DNA of 64,000 nucleotides, taken from assembly GCA_943373185.1 (NCBI GenBank), contig CALSBN010000001.1, positions 1,027 through 65,026 on the forward strand, in the 5' to 3' direction. The position numbers were made by a program, and so were the translations under genes. How positions within the stretch are numbered: the stretch's first letter is position 1; every line of letters starts with the position of its first letter. Shown here one piece after another: positions 28,728 through 38,761 of the stretch. Source of the stretch: Opitutus sp. GAS368 (GTDB taxonomy: Bacteria; Verrucomicrobiota; Verrucomicrobiia; Opitutales; Opitutaceae). The notes below the pieces were generated by a model, which saw only the letters and a program-made list of their open reading frames with translations, was not told where the DNA came from and made no database searches.

Positions 28728-29875
28728 AAATCGTGCTCGGCTGCATCGGCCGCTTTCATCACTTCGACCTCGCTCGTCAATTGCAGGAGCGCGGAGCGCT
28801 TGAGCGAATCTTCAGCGGATATCCCCGCTGGAAGCTGCGAGATGAAGGATTGCCGCCGGCGAAGATCGCAACGTTTCCCTGGCTGCAAACCCTTTACATG
28901 GCCCGGGGGCGGTTGAGATTGAATTCGCTGACTTTAGAGCGGGAACTTGCTTGGTGGTGCAATTCCACTTTCGACCGACACCTCGCTCGAAATCTACCCG
29001 AGTGCGACGTGCTCGTGACATTGTCCGGCTGCGGCTTGGCGGCAGGTCGTGAGCAAAAACGACGGGGCGGACGTTGGGTGTGTGACCGAGGTTCAAGCCA
29101 TATTGCATTTCAGCACGAAATTCTGGTCGAGGAGTATGCCCGATGGGGGCAGGTCTTTCGCGGGGTCGATCCGCGGGTCCTAACCAAGGAAGCGGCGGAG
29201 TATGCGGATGCCGATCTCGTCACGGTGCCTTCGTCCTTCGCCCATCGCTCATTCATCGCAAAGGGAGTTCCGGCCGAAAAGGTGAGATTGGTTCCCTACG
29301 GTGTGGATCTCCAGCGATTCCGCCCGCTGGCCGAGCCGGCGAAGGATGTTTTCCAAGTTCTATTCGTCGGACAGGTTTCATTGCGCAAAGGAGTGCCCTA
29401 CCTCCTGGAGGCGTTCCGGGCGCTTCAGCACCCGCGAAAGCAACTTACGATCATTGGAAGTGTGCAGCCGGAAATTCAGCCCTTTTTGCACAATTTGGAG
29501 GGCGAAATCGTGGTGCTCGGGCCTCGTCCCCAAGAAGAAGTGAAGCAGTGGATGAGTCGAAGCCACGTTATGGTCCTGCCCAGCATCGAAGAGGGGCTGG
29601 CCACGGTCCAAGGTCAGGCAATGGCCTGTGGCTGTCCGGTGATCGGCACCGACCACAGCGGCGCGGAGGACCTGTTTACCGACAACGTGGAGGGATTCAT
29701 CGTGCCGATCCGTAACGCCGAGGCCATCCGGGACAAACTGGAGCGACTCGCGGGAGACCCGGGACTTCGGGCCCGGATGTCTGAGGCCGGTCTCCTTAGA
29801 GTGAGCACTTTAGGCGGTTGGCGTAAGTATGGAGATGACTATATTGAGGTAATCACACGCATGGCTCGTTCCTGA
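28724..29875 (+). CDS. glycosyltransferase family 4 (GT-B)
   Basis: ORF 28622..29875; ATG 28724 overlaps the upstream stop (ATGA). FVGQVSLRKGVPYLLEAF and PSIEEGLATVQGQAMACGCPVIGTDHSGAEDL. Confidence 0.85.
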   Translation: MKIVLGCIGRFHHFDLARQLQERGALERIFSGYPRWKLRDEGLPPAKIATFPWLQTLYMARGRLRLNSLTLERELAWWCNSTFDRHLARNLPECDVLVTLSGCGLAAGREQKRRGGRWVCDRGSSHIAFQHEILVEEYARWGQVFRGVDPRVLTKEAAEYADADLVTVPSSFAHRSFIAKGVPAEKVRLVPYGVDLQRFRPLAEPAKDVFQVLFVGQVSLRKGVPYLLEAFRALQHPRKQLTIIGSVQPEIQPFLHNLEGEIVVLGPRPQEEVKQWMSRSHVMVLPSIEEGLATVQGQAMACGCPVIGTDHSGAEDLFTDNVEGFIVPIRNAEAIRDKLERLAGDPGLRARMSEAGLLRVSTLGGWRKYGDDYIEVITRMARS

Positions 29876-29889
29876 TTTTTAAGAGTAAA

Positions 29890-30150
29890 TTGTCACCGCC
29901 AACACCAAACCTAAACGAGATCGCGCTCGTGATCTTGGAGTCGCATCCCGTGCAATATCGTGTTCGTTCTATCGCGAGCCGGCGGGGTTTTGTTCGGACC
30001 GGATTATGGTGCTGTATGCTTCCGATTGCTCGGTGCGCGGTGGAATTCAGCCGTTTCTCACGAGTGGTGAAGGTCGCGCTCAGGTCAGCACCATCGGTTA
30101 CGAGGGCCACCGTGCAACGATTGGAGAAGTCTCGTGATTTTAATTGGGCT
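29890..30150 (+). pseudogene. possible decayed N-terminal fragment of a GT4 glycosyltransferase
   Basis: Frame 1 gives IALVILESHPVQYR. An adjacent frame gives FYREPAG...DRIMVLYASDCSVRGG. Together these resemble the conserved (D/E)SHP(I/V)QY.AP.(F/Y)R.LA....V.Y.SD.SV.G N-terminus of a GT4 subfamily, but they need at least one frameshift and are truncated by stops. Confidence 0.3.
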
Positions 30151-30192
30151 CGACCCTTGATGGGAGTTGTTTGAACTTAGGGAAGGAGTTTT

Positions 30193-31221
30193 GTGACGAT
30201 TCTTTACCTTGGCGATGTGACTGAGCATGAGGGTTCCACCAGCCGTGCCGTGACGCTGCGGGCACTCGGTCATGAGGTGTTTCATATTGACCCAGAGCAA
30301 CCGTTAGTGGGCGGGCGTTGGCAAAGTGCGTTTCACTATCGCACCGGCTATTGGTGGCTTCGGCGAAGAACCGAGTCTTGGTTGCGGTCAAGAATCGGCG
30401 ATCGCAACTTCGACGTTGTGTGGGTCAACGGGGGGCCGACCATTGATCGACGCACTTTGGTTTGGTTGCGCGGACGGGCCCGGTATCTTGTGAATTACAA
30501 CAACGACGATCCGACGGGACGTCGCGACTGGTGCCGGTGGGGCACCTTCCGCGAGGCCGTCCCTGGGTATGATGTTCTCCTCGCCATGCGATCCGTGGCA
30601 GTTGGCGAACTACAAGCTCTAGGGGCGCAGCGGGTGAAGCAGGTGTATATGAGCTATGACGACACGGTGATGCGCCCGCAGGAGATGAGTTCCGTCGAAG
30701 CCGGACACTGGAGATCTAAAGTGCTCTTCGTTGGCACTTGGATGCCGGAACGCGGGCCATTTTTAGCGGAACTCGTCAGGCTAGGAGTTCCACTGACGAT
30801 TTATGGCAACCGCTGGCACAAGGCGCCGGAGTGGGAGGTTTTGCGGGCGGTTGTGCGTGGCCCTGCGCTCTCAGGGTTGGATTACGTCAAAGCGATCCAA
30901 TCGGCCGACGTGTGTCTCGGGCTGCTTTCGAAGGGCAACCGTGATTTGCACACGATTCGATCGAGTGAGATACCGGCGGTTGGTTCGCTGCTTTGTGCGG
31001 AGCGAACCGTGGAGCACACGGCAATGTATCGCGAGAATATCGAGGCGGTGTTTTGGGCCGATGCCGCCGAGTGTGCCGCCCGTTGCCGGGAAATGTTGGC
31101 CGAGCCGGTCAAGCGTCGGGCTATCGCTGAAGCCGGCAGGAGGCGTGTGTTGGAACTGAGAATGACCCATGCATGTGTGCTCCAAGATGTGCTCGCCGAG
31201 TTGGACGGAGGTGCCCGATGA
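30193..31221 (+). CDS. CgeB-like / Glyco_trans_1_2-type glycosyltransferase
   Basis: GTG start. VLFVGTWMPERGPFLAELV...IYGNRW...DYVKAIQSADVCLGLLSKGNRDLHTIRSSEIPAVGSLLCAERT. Confidence 0.6.
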   Translation: MTILYLGDVTEHEGSTSRAVTLRALGHEVFHIDPEQPLVGGRWQSAFHYRTGYWWLRRRTESWLRSRIGDRNFDVVWVNGGPTIDRRTLVWLRGRARYLVNYNNDDPTGRRDWCRWGTFREAVPGYDVLLAMRSVAVGELQALGAQRVKQVYMSYDDTVMRPQEMSSVEAGHWRSKVLFVGTWMPERGPFLAELVRLGVPLTIYGNRWHKAPEWEVLRAVVRGPALSGLDYVKAIQSADVCLGLLSKGNRDLHTIRSSEIPAVGSLLCAERTVEHTAMYRENIEAVFWADAAECAARCREMLAEPVKRRAIAEAGRRRVLELRMTHACVLQDVLAELDGGAR

Positions 31222-31886
31222 AGCGTTGGCTGCGGGCTTGGCTTGACTTTGTCTTGGTGCAACCGACCGAAGGCATTGAACGCGTCGGATCGGAGGCGAC
31301 TTGGAACGTGGTGACCGCACCGGGGGCCTTCACCGGTTGGGTGATATCCGGAGGAGCGGGCAATGACATTAGTTTTGAGCTGGAGTTGATCCGGCGTTTT
31401 GGCGCCCGCGTGCATCTATTTGATCCGTCGCCCACGGGTGCGGCCACGGTCCAGCGTATGAGACCGGCCGAGGGGCTCTGGTATTATCCGATTGGTTTGG
31501 CCGGGCAGGAGGGAAAGATTGCATTTGATCGACCGGCTGAGGCAACCGAGGGTTCCTACCGGTTGGCTTCGGGCGCAAACGCTGATCTAAGTTTTCCCTG
31601 TCGAAAACTAAGCTCATGGCTTCCGGAGCAATTGATCAGTGAAATCAGTTTGCTCAAAATCGACATTGAAGGTTTCGAGTATGAAGTGCTGCCCGATGTG
31701 ATAAAAGCCGGATTCCGGCCCCGACAAATCGCGGTCGAGTTCCACCATTTTATGCCGGAATTTTCACGATGGCGGACATATTTGGCAGTCTGGCCGCTCT
31801 ATGCCGCGGGTTACCGGCTAGCGGCCAAACATCGCCAAGATTATTTGTTCGTCCACGGATCTGAAGCCGGTGGTCGCTTAGTATAA
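31218..31886 (+). CDS. FkbM-family methyltransferase (1 of 3)
   Basis: ORF 31173..31886; ATG 31218 overlaps the upstream stop (ATGA). GGAGNDISFE and LLKIDIEGFEYEVL. Confidence 0.7.
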   Translation: MKRWLRAWLDFVLVQPTEGIERVGSEATWNVVTAPGAFTGWVISGGAGNDISFELELIRRFGARVHLFDPSPTGAATVQRMRPAEGLWYYPIGLAGQEGKIAFDRPAEATEGSYRLASGANADLSFPCRKLSSWLPEQLISEISLLKIDIEGFEYEVLPDVIKAGFRPRQIAVEFHHFMPEFSRWRTYLAVWPLYAAGYRLAAKHRQDYLFVHGSEAGGRLV

Positions 31887-31902
31887 ACACAATCTGCTTT
31901 TT

Positions 31903-32736
31903 ATGGAAAACAAAACAAAAGAACTGTATCTATATATTCTGAAGAGCGCGCTCAGTTTCTCATTGTGGAAAGAGCCACCTGTGCCTCTCAAGAGTTTTGC
32001 CAATCGGAAAAATCATATTAGGCGTCTTCTCATTACTATCGTTTCAAAGGTATCAGAGCGTTTTGGGTATCAGATTGGACGAACACCGGTTTATTCGGAA
32101 GAAGACCGTGAAAATGGGCTCATCTGGCCGGGGTATGCCGACACCATGATTGGCTCAAAGCGGCTTGATAACCTGCGGAGCTGTATAGAATCCGTGGTTG
32201 CGGACAAAGTTGAAGGTGACTTGATCGAAACGGGAGTGTGGCGTGGAGGAGCCTGCATCTATATGAAGGGCGTGCTCGTGGCAAATGAGGATTCGACCCG
32301 CAAAGTATATGTCGCCGATTCATTTAGCGGTCTGCCTCCGCCCGACGCGAAGGCTTACCCGGCCGATGCCGGCGACAGACATCATGAAGTTGAATTTCTT
32401 GCTGTTAGTAAACAGCAAGTGATGGATAACTTCAGGCGTTATGGTTTATTGGATGAAAGAGTAATATTTCTCGAAGGATGGTTCAATGAAACTCTGCCTA
32501 AAGCTCCAATCGCCAAGCTTTCGGTGCTTCGATTGGACGGCGATATGTATGGTTCAACAATTGAGGCATTGAATGCGCTTTATCCGCGTCTGAGTCCAGG
32601 TGGCTACTGTATCATCGACGATTATGGTCTACAGGGTTGCAAAAAAGCGGTGTCCGACTACCGCAAAGCCCATCGGGTTGAAGAAGAAATAATCGCGATC
32701 GATCAAAGCAGTGTTTATTGGCGTAAACGGCGTTAG
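31903..32736 (+). CDS. TylF/MycF/NovP-type (macrocin-O-methyltransferase-like) sugar O-methyltransferase
   Basis: GDLIETGVWRGGACIYM, ADSFSGLPPPD, LRLDGDMYGSTIEALNALYPRLSPGGYCIIDDY. AT-rich codon usage. Confidence 0.8.
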   Translation: MENKTKELYLYILKSALSFSLWKEPPVPLKSFANRKNHIRRLLITIVSKVSERFGYQIGRTPVYSEEDRENGLIWPGYADTMIGSKRLDNLRSCIESVVADKVEGDLIETGVWRGGACIYMKGVLVANEDSTRKVYVADSFSGLPPPDAKAYPADAGDRHHEVEFLAVSKQQVMDNFRRYGLLDERVIFLEGWFNETLPKAPIAKLSVLRLDGDMYGSTIEALNALYPRLSPGGYCIIDDYGLQGCKKAVSDYRKAHRVEEEIIAIDQSSVYWRKRR

Positions 32737-32825
32737 ATTCGGGTGTCACAAAAATGTATGCTTGAGTATGTGGATTGATATACTCGCAAAATTCGGGGTG
32801 ATTTATACCGTCTATTTTTTTTCAG

Positions 32826-34370
32826 GTGGCACTTGAACTACGTTTACTCAAGAGTGCTTTGCCGGGTGGGATATTGTTCGGTATTGCGTTGCTTCAACCA
32901 ATCATTCTTGTCCCCGTTTTGCTCAATCATTGGGGGCAAGACGGGTATGGATTGTGGGTTTTGCTCGGCAGTTTTCTGGCGATACAGCAAAGTCTTGACG
33001 GGGGGTTTCAATCCTATGTTGGAAATGAATTGAATCATGTGGCGGCTCGTGGGCTGCAAGGTATGCGTTTGGCTGTGGCGTCGGCTTTTCGCGTTAGCTA
33101 CGTGCTTGCTGTGACTCAAGTTGTTTTCATTATAGCTCTTTTCTATTTTGACCTAGTATCAAATTTTTTCCCAGGGCCGCTTGATGAAAAAGTTCGCCGG
33201 GACGTGGCTCTCGCGTTGGTGGTGATGTCGATCTATTCTGCTATAGTGGGTTCGGTGATGGGAGTTGCAGTAAGAATATATCCTTCTTTTGGCTCATATG
33301 CTCGTGGGCAATGGTGGGGCATTGCGGTTCGTTTGGGGTTTTTTGCGTGTGTTCTGTTGACGAGTTTAGCCGGCGGCAAGATGGCTGCCGCCTGGATTGC
33401 GATCGCGATTGCCGGATTGGTTATCCATCTCTTGGTCGCAGTCGATATACAGCGTCATTTTGGTCGATACATTAGCTGGTGGAGAGGCGGCTCGTTTCGT
33501 TTCGGTTTTGGGCTCTTTAACCGTTCACTCGTGCTGGGAGCTGTTGGTATTTTGGAGGGGTTGATTGCTTCTGGAACTCTTGTCTTTCTGGGGAGCATTG
33601 TTCACGCAGCCGGTCTCGCGCTTTTCGTTACCATGCGAACCATGACCGGTCTTCTTGGGCAGGCTTCGATGACCTTAATCGCACCGATCATGCCCGATCT
33701 GGTGCGGTTGGTTGTTCAAAAAGAAGGGGAAAAATTTCGAGACGTGATGGCGACTATGCGGCTGCTTCTGCTAACGGGCAGCGGTGTGTGCGTCTTGCTC
33801 ATGGCGGCCATTGCCAAGCCCGTTTTCGATCTCTGGACCCGCGGGGTCCTGAGTTTTGATCCGATGGCCTTCGCCTTTCTGAGTTGGGCGGCGTTTGTGC
33901 GTCTCGCGGGTTTGCCTGAATCCGTTGCTTTGCGGGCATTGAACAAGAACGGAGTTCTGTTGTTGATCACGATTGTCCAAATGGCGGTTTTGCTTTTGGG
34001 ACTGAGCCTCGTCAGGAGTTTTCCTCACCTCTGGTGTGCGGCGGCTTGTTTGGCTACGGCAGATTTGCTCTCGGGTCTCTTTCTTCCCCGTTTTTTCCTT
34101 TCAAAAGAGTTGAGGGTCCAAGGGATCAATATTTCCTACGGGACCTTGGACTATCTAGTGGTTTTTGGGGTCGGAACTGCGCTGGTGATCGGAGCCACGA
34201 GTTGGGGAACTTGGCTGATGCTGGGTCCATGCCTAGTCGGCATCGCACTTTTTAGCAGAGAAGCGTGGAGGAATTTGTCGTCCATGGCGCAGGAGAGATT
34301 GCTCAGTTTAGTCATGCAGATAAGGGATCGATTGATTTCGATGGGATCTTCGCAGACCTCTAGGCGATGA
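32826..34370 (+). CDS. Wzx-like polysaccharide flippase (MOP superfamily)
   Basis: 514 aa, GTG start, about 12-14 TM helices. N-terminal LLNHWGQDGYGLWVLLGSF is typical of oligosaccharide flippases. Confidence 0.65.
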   Translation: MALELRLLKSALPGGILFGIALLQPIILVPVLLNHWGQDGYGLWVLLGSFLAIQQSLDGGFQSYVGNELNHVAARGLQGMRLAVASAFRVSYVLAVTQVVFIIALFYFDLVSNFFPGPLDEKVRRDVALALVVMSIYSAIVGSVMGVAVRIYPSFGSYARGQWWGIAVRLGFFACVLLTSLAGGKMAAAWIAIAIAGLVIHLLVAVDIQRHFGRYISWWRGGSFRFGFGLFNRSLVLGAVGILEGLIASGTLVFLGSIVHAAGLALFVTMRTMTGLLGQASMTLIAPIMPDLVRLVVQKEGEKFRDVMATMRLLLLTGSGVCVLLMAAIAKPVFDLWTRGVLSFDPMAFAFLSWAAFVRLAGLPESVALRALNKNGVLLLITIVQMAVLLLGLSLVRSFPHLWCAAACLATADLLSGLFLPRFFLSKELRVQGINISYGTLDYLVVFGVGTALVIGATSWGTWLMLGPCLVGIALFSREAWRNLSSMAQERLLSLVMQIRDRLISMGSSQTSRR

Positions 34371-35323
34371 GAATTTCGTCCTTCAAATGCCGATGGTGCA
34401 GTGCATCGGATATGTCACGTCACTGGCAGTTAGCCGAACGCATGTTCGGCGACGGCGGCATCCATCGGTATGAGGAGTGCGCGGCATGCGGTTCGCTGCA
34501 ACTCGCTGAAGTGCCCGCCGACATGTCGCCGCATTATCCGGCCCATTACATGGCGTATACGTCGACGACCATGACGATGTGGAAACGATGGGGGCGAAGG
34601 GTGCGGTCGCGCCTCGTAACCCAGTTACCGTCGGCACTCGGTCCAAAATTGGGGGCCCCATGGATTCTCCAGGCACTGCACGGGCGGTTTCCGCCTCGAA
34701 ATACCCCTATCTTGGACGTGGGTTGCGGCACCGGTGCGGTGCTCGACCATTTGGCGGACGCCGGATTTACCGATCTCACCGGGTTGGAGCCTTATTTGGA
34801 CGCTGATCGCCATTTGCCAAGTGGAGTGGTCATCCGGCGAGGCACGCTGGAATCGATGGCGGGACACTTTGCGTTTATTATGTCGCATCATTCGATGGAG
34901 CACATGGAAGATCCGGTGTCCGCATTGAAGCATTTGCGGCGATTGTTGAGCCCGGGCGGAAAAATCTGGGTGCGAGTGCCGCTGACGGGCGGTGCCGCCT
35001 GGCGAAAGTATGGGCCTGACTGGGTGCAACTCGACCCGCCGCGGCACTTGTGTATCCCCTCGATCGCCGGAATGACGGCGGCCGTGAAACGGGCCGGTTT
35101 GCGGATCACCGATGTTGATTTTGATTCAAGCGGCTTCCAGTTTTGGGGTAGTGAGCTCGCCCGTCGGAAAATTCCCCTGGTTGACCCGTTCTCACGGCAA
35201 AACGTGGACTTGGCGAAGCACTTCAGCCCGGACGAGTTGAAGCGATGGACGACCGAGGCTGAAGAGTTGAACTTGCAAGGCCAAGGCGACCAAGTCGGAT
35301 TCTGGCTCAGCGATGCAACGTAG
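34367..35323 (+). CDS. class I SAM-dependent methyltransferase with N-terminal Cys4 zinc-ribbon
   Basis: ATGA overlap with the flippase stop. CRWC...CAAC, and SAM motif ILDVGCGTGAVLDHLADAGF. Confidence 0.8.
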   Translation: MRISSFKCRWCSASDMSRHWQLAERMFGDGGIHRYEECAACGSLQLAEVPADMSPHYPAHYMAYTSTTMTMWKRWGRRVRSRLVTQLPSALGPKLGAPWILQALHGRFPPRNTPILDVGCGTGAVLDHLADAGFTDLTGLEPYLDADRHLPSGVVIRRGTLESMAGHFAFIMSHHSMEHMEDPVSALKHLRRLLSPGGKIWVRVPLTGGAAWRKYGPDWVQLDPPRHLCIPSIAGMTAAVKRAGLRITDVDFDSSGFQFWGSELARRKIPLVDPFSRQNVDLAKHFSPDELKRWTTEAEELNLQGQGDQVGFWLSDAT

Positions 35324-36872
35324 CCACCAGCCGAAACCGTTTATGCCCGAATCACCCCTGCGGTGGGATCGGCGCGCGCTGGGGATCGCGGGTGTGGGCA
35401 CCTTCCTACTCATTGCGGCAGGATTGGCCGAAAATGAAATCTTGCTGGTGCTGGGCTTGTTTTTCACGGGAGCCGCCGGGTTGATGGTGGCGCTACCGAT
35501 CTTGGAGGATTTTGCGATGCACTTTCATCCCCTTAGGCTCTTGGCTGGCTCTACCATAGGTGCTTACGGTTTTGGGGGCGTTCTGTCTTGGCTCGCCGCT
35601 CAGGACCCGAGTGTAGGCGGGTTTTCGTTTATTCTCTCTCACTACCAAATCGGTATCCAAGACCTCGTGATCGCTCAGATCGCAGCGGTAGTATTTGCGG
35701 CGCTGTTAACACTTATGGTTCGGTCCTCCTCTGCTTCGGCAATAGAAAGAAGGTTGTCACTTTATCTCTCAGCGGAAGTTGGAAATCCATCGGTGGTGCG
35801 GATCATTGTGGCTGTCTTGATTGGAACCGCGATTTTGCAACTGCTCTCCTTGGTCTTGGGTGTCGTGGGATATCGCAGTATAACCGCCAGCGATAGGGTT
35901 GGCGCGGTTTCTCTGCTGATGGTAACGCTCACTCCGATATCTCCTTTTTTGACTGGAGCATTGGTCGCGCATAAGCCGTCCTGGGGCTCCCGTTTTGTGG
36001 GTGCGTGGGTTGTCATTGCAGCCAGCTTGATCAATGCCGTGTGGTATTTTGCGCAGGGCCGCGGAGCATTCGTGTTCGCCTGCATTATTGGAGCGATAGG
36101 ATATGCGTCCGTTCGGCGAATTACCCTTGGGGTGAGCCTATTCAAAAATTTCGTGCTATTTGTGCCCTTGATCGCCTTGGTTTTCGTTGCTTCGCAACGA
36201 ATCCGTTATTTCGAGTGGGTTGAGGAAACACAAAAAGTGAACGTGCTGGAGGCATTGCATTTGGCGGCGACGGAAGCTTCCAAGTTGGGTGAGGCTGAGC
36301 TTTCTGAGTCGAATCGCAATAACCGGATCAATTTGGCGGTGCGACCGATAACGCTAAATTATCCCGCAGAAGTTATCAGCCTGCGTCGGAACGGCCGTAG
36401 TGATTGGGTTGGCTTCGAAGAGGTATGGAACAGCCTGCTCATGGCTCTCCCGCGGCAACTCTACCCGAACAAAGGTAGTTTAGCGCTGGCCGAAGGGCTT
36501 TTCTCCGAACGGTTGGGCACTTCGGGTTTCGACAATGCCGAAAGCATCTTTTTTTCGGCCATAGCGGGGTTTTCGTATCTAGGAATTCCGATATTTGCCG
36601 TGTTGATGTGGGGAATGGTCAAAGGCATCTCCAGTCTTTTTCTGCTCAGCCGGTCTTGGCTTCTCGTTTCGTTAGGGACCGCAAGTGTCATTGTTTTGGC
36701 CATGTCCGGCGGTGAAGGCGCATTTATTGCTTGGGTTGTGAACATGCGTAGCGTTGCGATCGCGGCGCCTTTTGTCATCGCGCTCAACGCCTGGCTGCAA
36801 CCGAGGGTGGCGGGGGCGCCGAGTGGTTCCCCGGGAGTGCGTCGGTTTGTCGGGATGCCGAGAAAATCATGA
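35313..36872 (+). CDS. polytopic membrane protein, candidate Wzy-type repeat-unit polymerase
   Basis: 519 aa with about 10 TM helices and a large central loop (RIRYFEWVEETQKVN...). Positioned between a methyltransferase and an FkbM gene in the EPS operon. No diagnostic motif recognised. Confidence 0.4.
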   Translation: MQRSHQPKPFMPESPLRWDRRALGIAGVGTFLLIAAGLAENEILLVLGLFFTGAAGLMVALPILEDFAMHFHPLRLLAGSTIGAYGFGGVLSWLAAQDPSVGGFSFILSHYQIGIQDLVIAQIAAVVFAALLTLMVRSSSASAIERRLSLYLSAEVGNPSVVRIIVAVLIGTAILQLLSLVLGVVGYRSITASDRVGAVSLLMVTLTPISPFLTGALVAHKPSWGSRFVGAWVVIAASLINAVWYFAQGRGAFVFACIIGAIGYASVRRITLGVSLFKNFVLFVPLIALVFVASQRIRYFEWVEETQKVNVLEALHLAATEASKLGEAELSESNRNNRINLAVRPITLNYPAEVISLRRNGRSDWVGFEEVWNSLLMALPRQLYPNKGSLALAEGLFSERLGTSGFDNAESIFFSAIAGFSYLGIPIFAVLMWGMVKGISSLFLLSRSWLLVSLGTASVIVLAMSGGEGAFIAWVVNMRSVAIAAPFVIALNAWLQPRVAGAPSGSPGVRRFVGMPRKS

Positions 36873-37672
36873 AGAAACAGTTGCAAGGACTGCGAAACAA
36901 GTGGCTCGGATTTGGGGAGGTGCTGCAATTCTCCAACTGGCCGGAGTTGTTGCTGGGCTTGACCCTATTTCGAAAGACCGGGGTGAAGATCTATCGCTTT
37001 GGTCGGTTTCAGTTTTTGTGCGACCAGGAGCAGGGTGACGAGAATTCTATCCGCGCGGCGGTGGCGACGCCGATGTATCGGGAACTGATCTCAGACCTGC
37101 CCTTGGACCAGGACCTCTCGGTGCTTGATTTGGGTGCCAATGCGGGGGGATTTGTCGCGCTACTGCTCGCGCGTGGCCACCGGCTTCGGCAGGTTTGGGC
37201 GGTCGAGATGAACCCATTTACGTGCCAACGTTTGGCTTTCAATCTGGGCCATAATCTAGGGTCGGCGGGCAAAGCCTGTAACTTGGCCCTTTCGGGTCAG
37301 GACACCCGTTTTGAAGTCGAGTTGGGCCGCGGCTCGACCAGTGATTCGCTCTATGGCGCGGCGCGGGGCGGGGAACGGATTGGGGTGCAAGGACTGACCT
37401 TTGACTCGTTTTGGAAGGAGTATGTTCGGCTGGAACACGTGGACCTTTGCAAAATCGACATCGAGGGGGCCGAATTTGAAATGCTGCTGGAGGGAAAGGC
37501 CGAGTGCTTGGCGCGATGCCGTCGATGCATCATCGAAGTCCATCCGCGAACGGGGCGAACCCGCGAAGAGTTGAAGGCGGTCTTCAAGCGGCAGGGTTTT
37601 GTGCAGGTGAACGAAGTGGACGAGCCGGCCGAAGGCACGGTGGTCTGGTCTTGGAAAAACGAGCGGATGTAG
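36869..37672 (+). CDS. FkbM-family methyltransferase (2 of 3)
   Basis: ATGA overlap with the upstream stop. VLDLGANAGGFVALLL and LCKIDIEGAEFEML. Confidence 0.75.
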   Translation: MKKQLQGLRNKWLGFGEVLQFSNWPELLLGLTLFRKTGVKIYRFGRFQFLCDQEQGDENSIRAAVATPMYRELISDLPLDQDLSVLDLGANAGGFVALLLARGHRLRQVWAVEMNPFTCQRLAFNLGHNLGSAGKACNLALSGQDTRFEVELGRGSTSDSLYGAARGGERIGVQGLTFDSFWKEYVRLEHVDLCKIDIEGAEFEMLLEGKAECLARCRRCIIEVHPRTGRTREELKAVFKRQGFVQVNEVDEPAEGTVVWSWKNERM

Positions 37673-37683
37673 GCGGTTTTCGG

Positions 37684-38757
37684 ATGGAAAACGTGTTGAT
37701 CTATCGGCTGGGCAGCCTGGGAGACACCTTGCTGGCGCTGCCGGCGCTTCATGCGGTGAAACGGCGATATCCCCGGAGCCGGGTGACGTTGCTCACGAAC
37801 CGGCCGGTGCATGTGAAGGCGCCGCCGATGTTGGCCGTGTTGGAGCATTCCGGGCTGGTCGACGACGTGATCGATTACGATCTCGGGCTCAGAAGCTGGG
37901 AAAAGCTCCAGCAGCTGCGGCGCACGATCCGCGGGCGCAACTTCTCACTGGCGATCAATCTGGCCGAAGCGCGGGGTTGGGCAAAGAGCTTTCGTGACTT
38001 CTGGTTTCTGAGAAGTTGCGGGATCAGCAAAGTGATCGGCACCGCTTGGCGCGGGCGCGATCTGCGCTGCCAAGCCGACCCGCGATCGGGTCTTTATGAG
38101 TGGGAGGCGGATCGCCTCGCCCGGCGCGTCCGCAAGCTTGGCGAGGTTCGTTCGGCCGACCCGGAATTATGGGATTTGCGCTTGAGCGAGACGGAATTGG
38201 TTCAAGCCCGGGAGACGTTGAGGGCCGGCGGTATCGGTGGCGGATTTCTGGCGCTCAGCGTCGGAACGAAAGTTGAGGTGAAGGATTGGACGGAGCCGAA
38301 CTGGCTGGGCTTGATGCAAAATCTGCGTGCGACTCACCCCAACCTGCCGATCGTGGCCGTGGGTTCGGCGGAAGAATCGGACCGTTCCAAGCGTTGCCTG
38401 GCGCTTTGGCCCGGGCCGACGTTGAATCTGTGCGGGCAAATTTCGGTGCGGGCCGTGGCTGCGGTGTTGGACCGCGCCCGGCTCTTCATCGGTCACGATA
38501 GCGGGCCGATGCATTTGGCGGCGACCATGGGGGTCCCGTGTGTGGCGATTTTTGCGGCAAGGAATTTGCCCGGTCAGTGGTTTCCGCGGGGGCACCGGAA
38601 TGCGGTCATCTACCACCAGACGGAGTGCTTCGGTTGCGGCCTTGAAGTATGCACGGCGCATCAAAAAAAGTGTATTTTGGGGATTTCAGTCGACGAAGTC
38701 GCCGCTGCCGTGAGGCAGCGGCTACCGGCGTTAAAGATTCCGGTGGGAACGCTCTGA
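37684..38757 (+). CDS. glycosyltransferase family 9 (heptosyltransferase-like)
   Basis: ORF 37504..38757; ATG 37684 gives MENVLIYRLGSLGDTLLALPALHAVKRRYP. LFIGHDSGPMHLAATMGVPCVAIF. Confidence 0.8.
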   Translation: MENVLIYRLGSLGDTLLALPALHAVKRRYPRSRVTLLTNRPVHVKAPPMLAVLEHSGLVDDVIDYDLGLRSWEKLQQLRRTIRGRNFSLAINLAEARGWAKSFRDFWFLRSCGISKVIGTAWRGRDLRCQADPRSGLYEWEADRLARRVRKLGEVRSADPELWDLRLSETELVQARETLRAGGIGGGFLALSVGTKVEVKDWTEPNWLGLMQNLRATHPNLPIVAVGSAEESDRSKRCLALWPGPTLNLCGQISVRAVAAVLDRARLFIGHDSGPMHLAATMGVPCVAIFAARNLPGQWFPRGHRNAVIYHQTECFGCGLEVCTAHQKKCILGISVDEVAAAVRQRLPALKIPVGTL

Positions 38758-38761
38758 TCGG

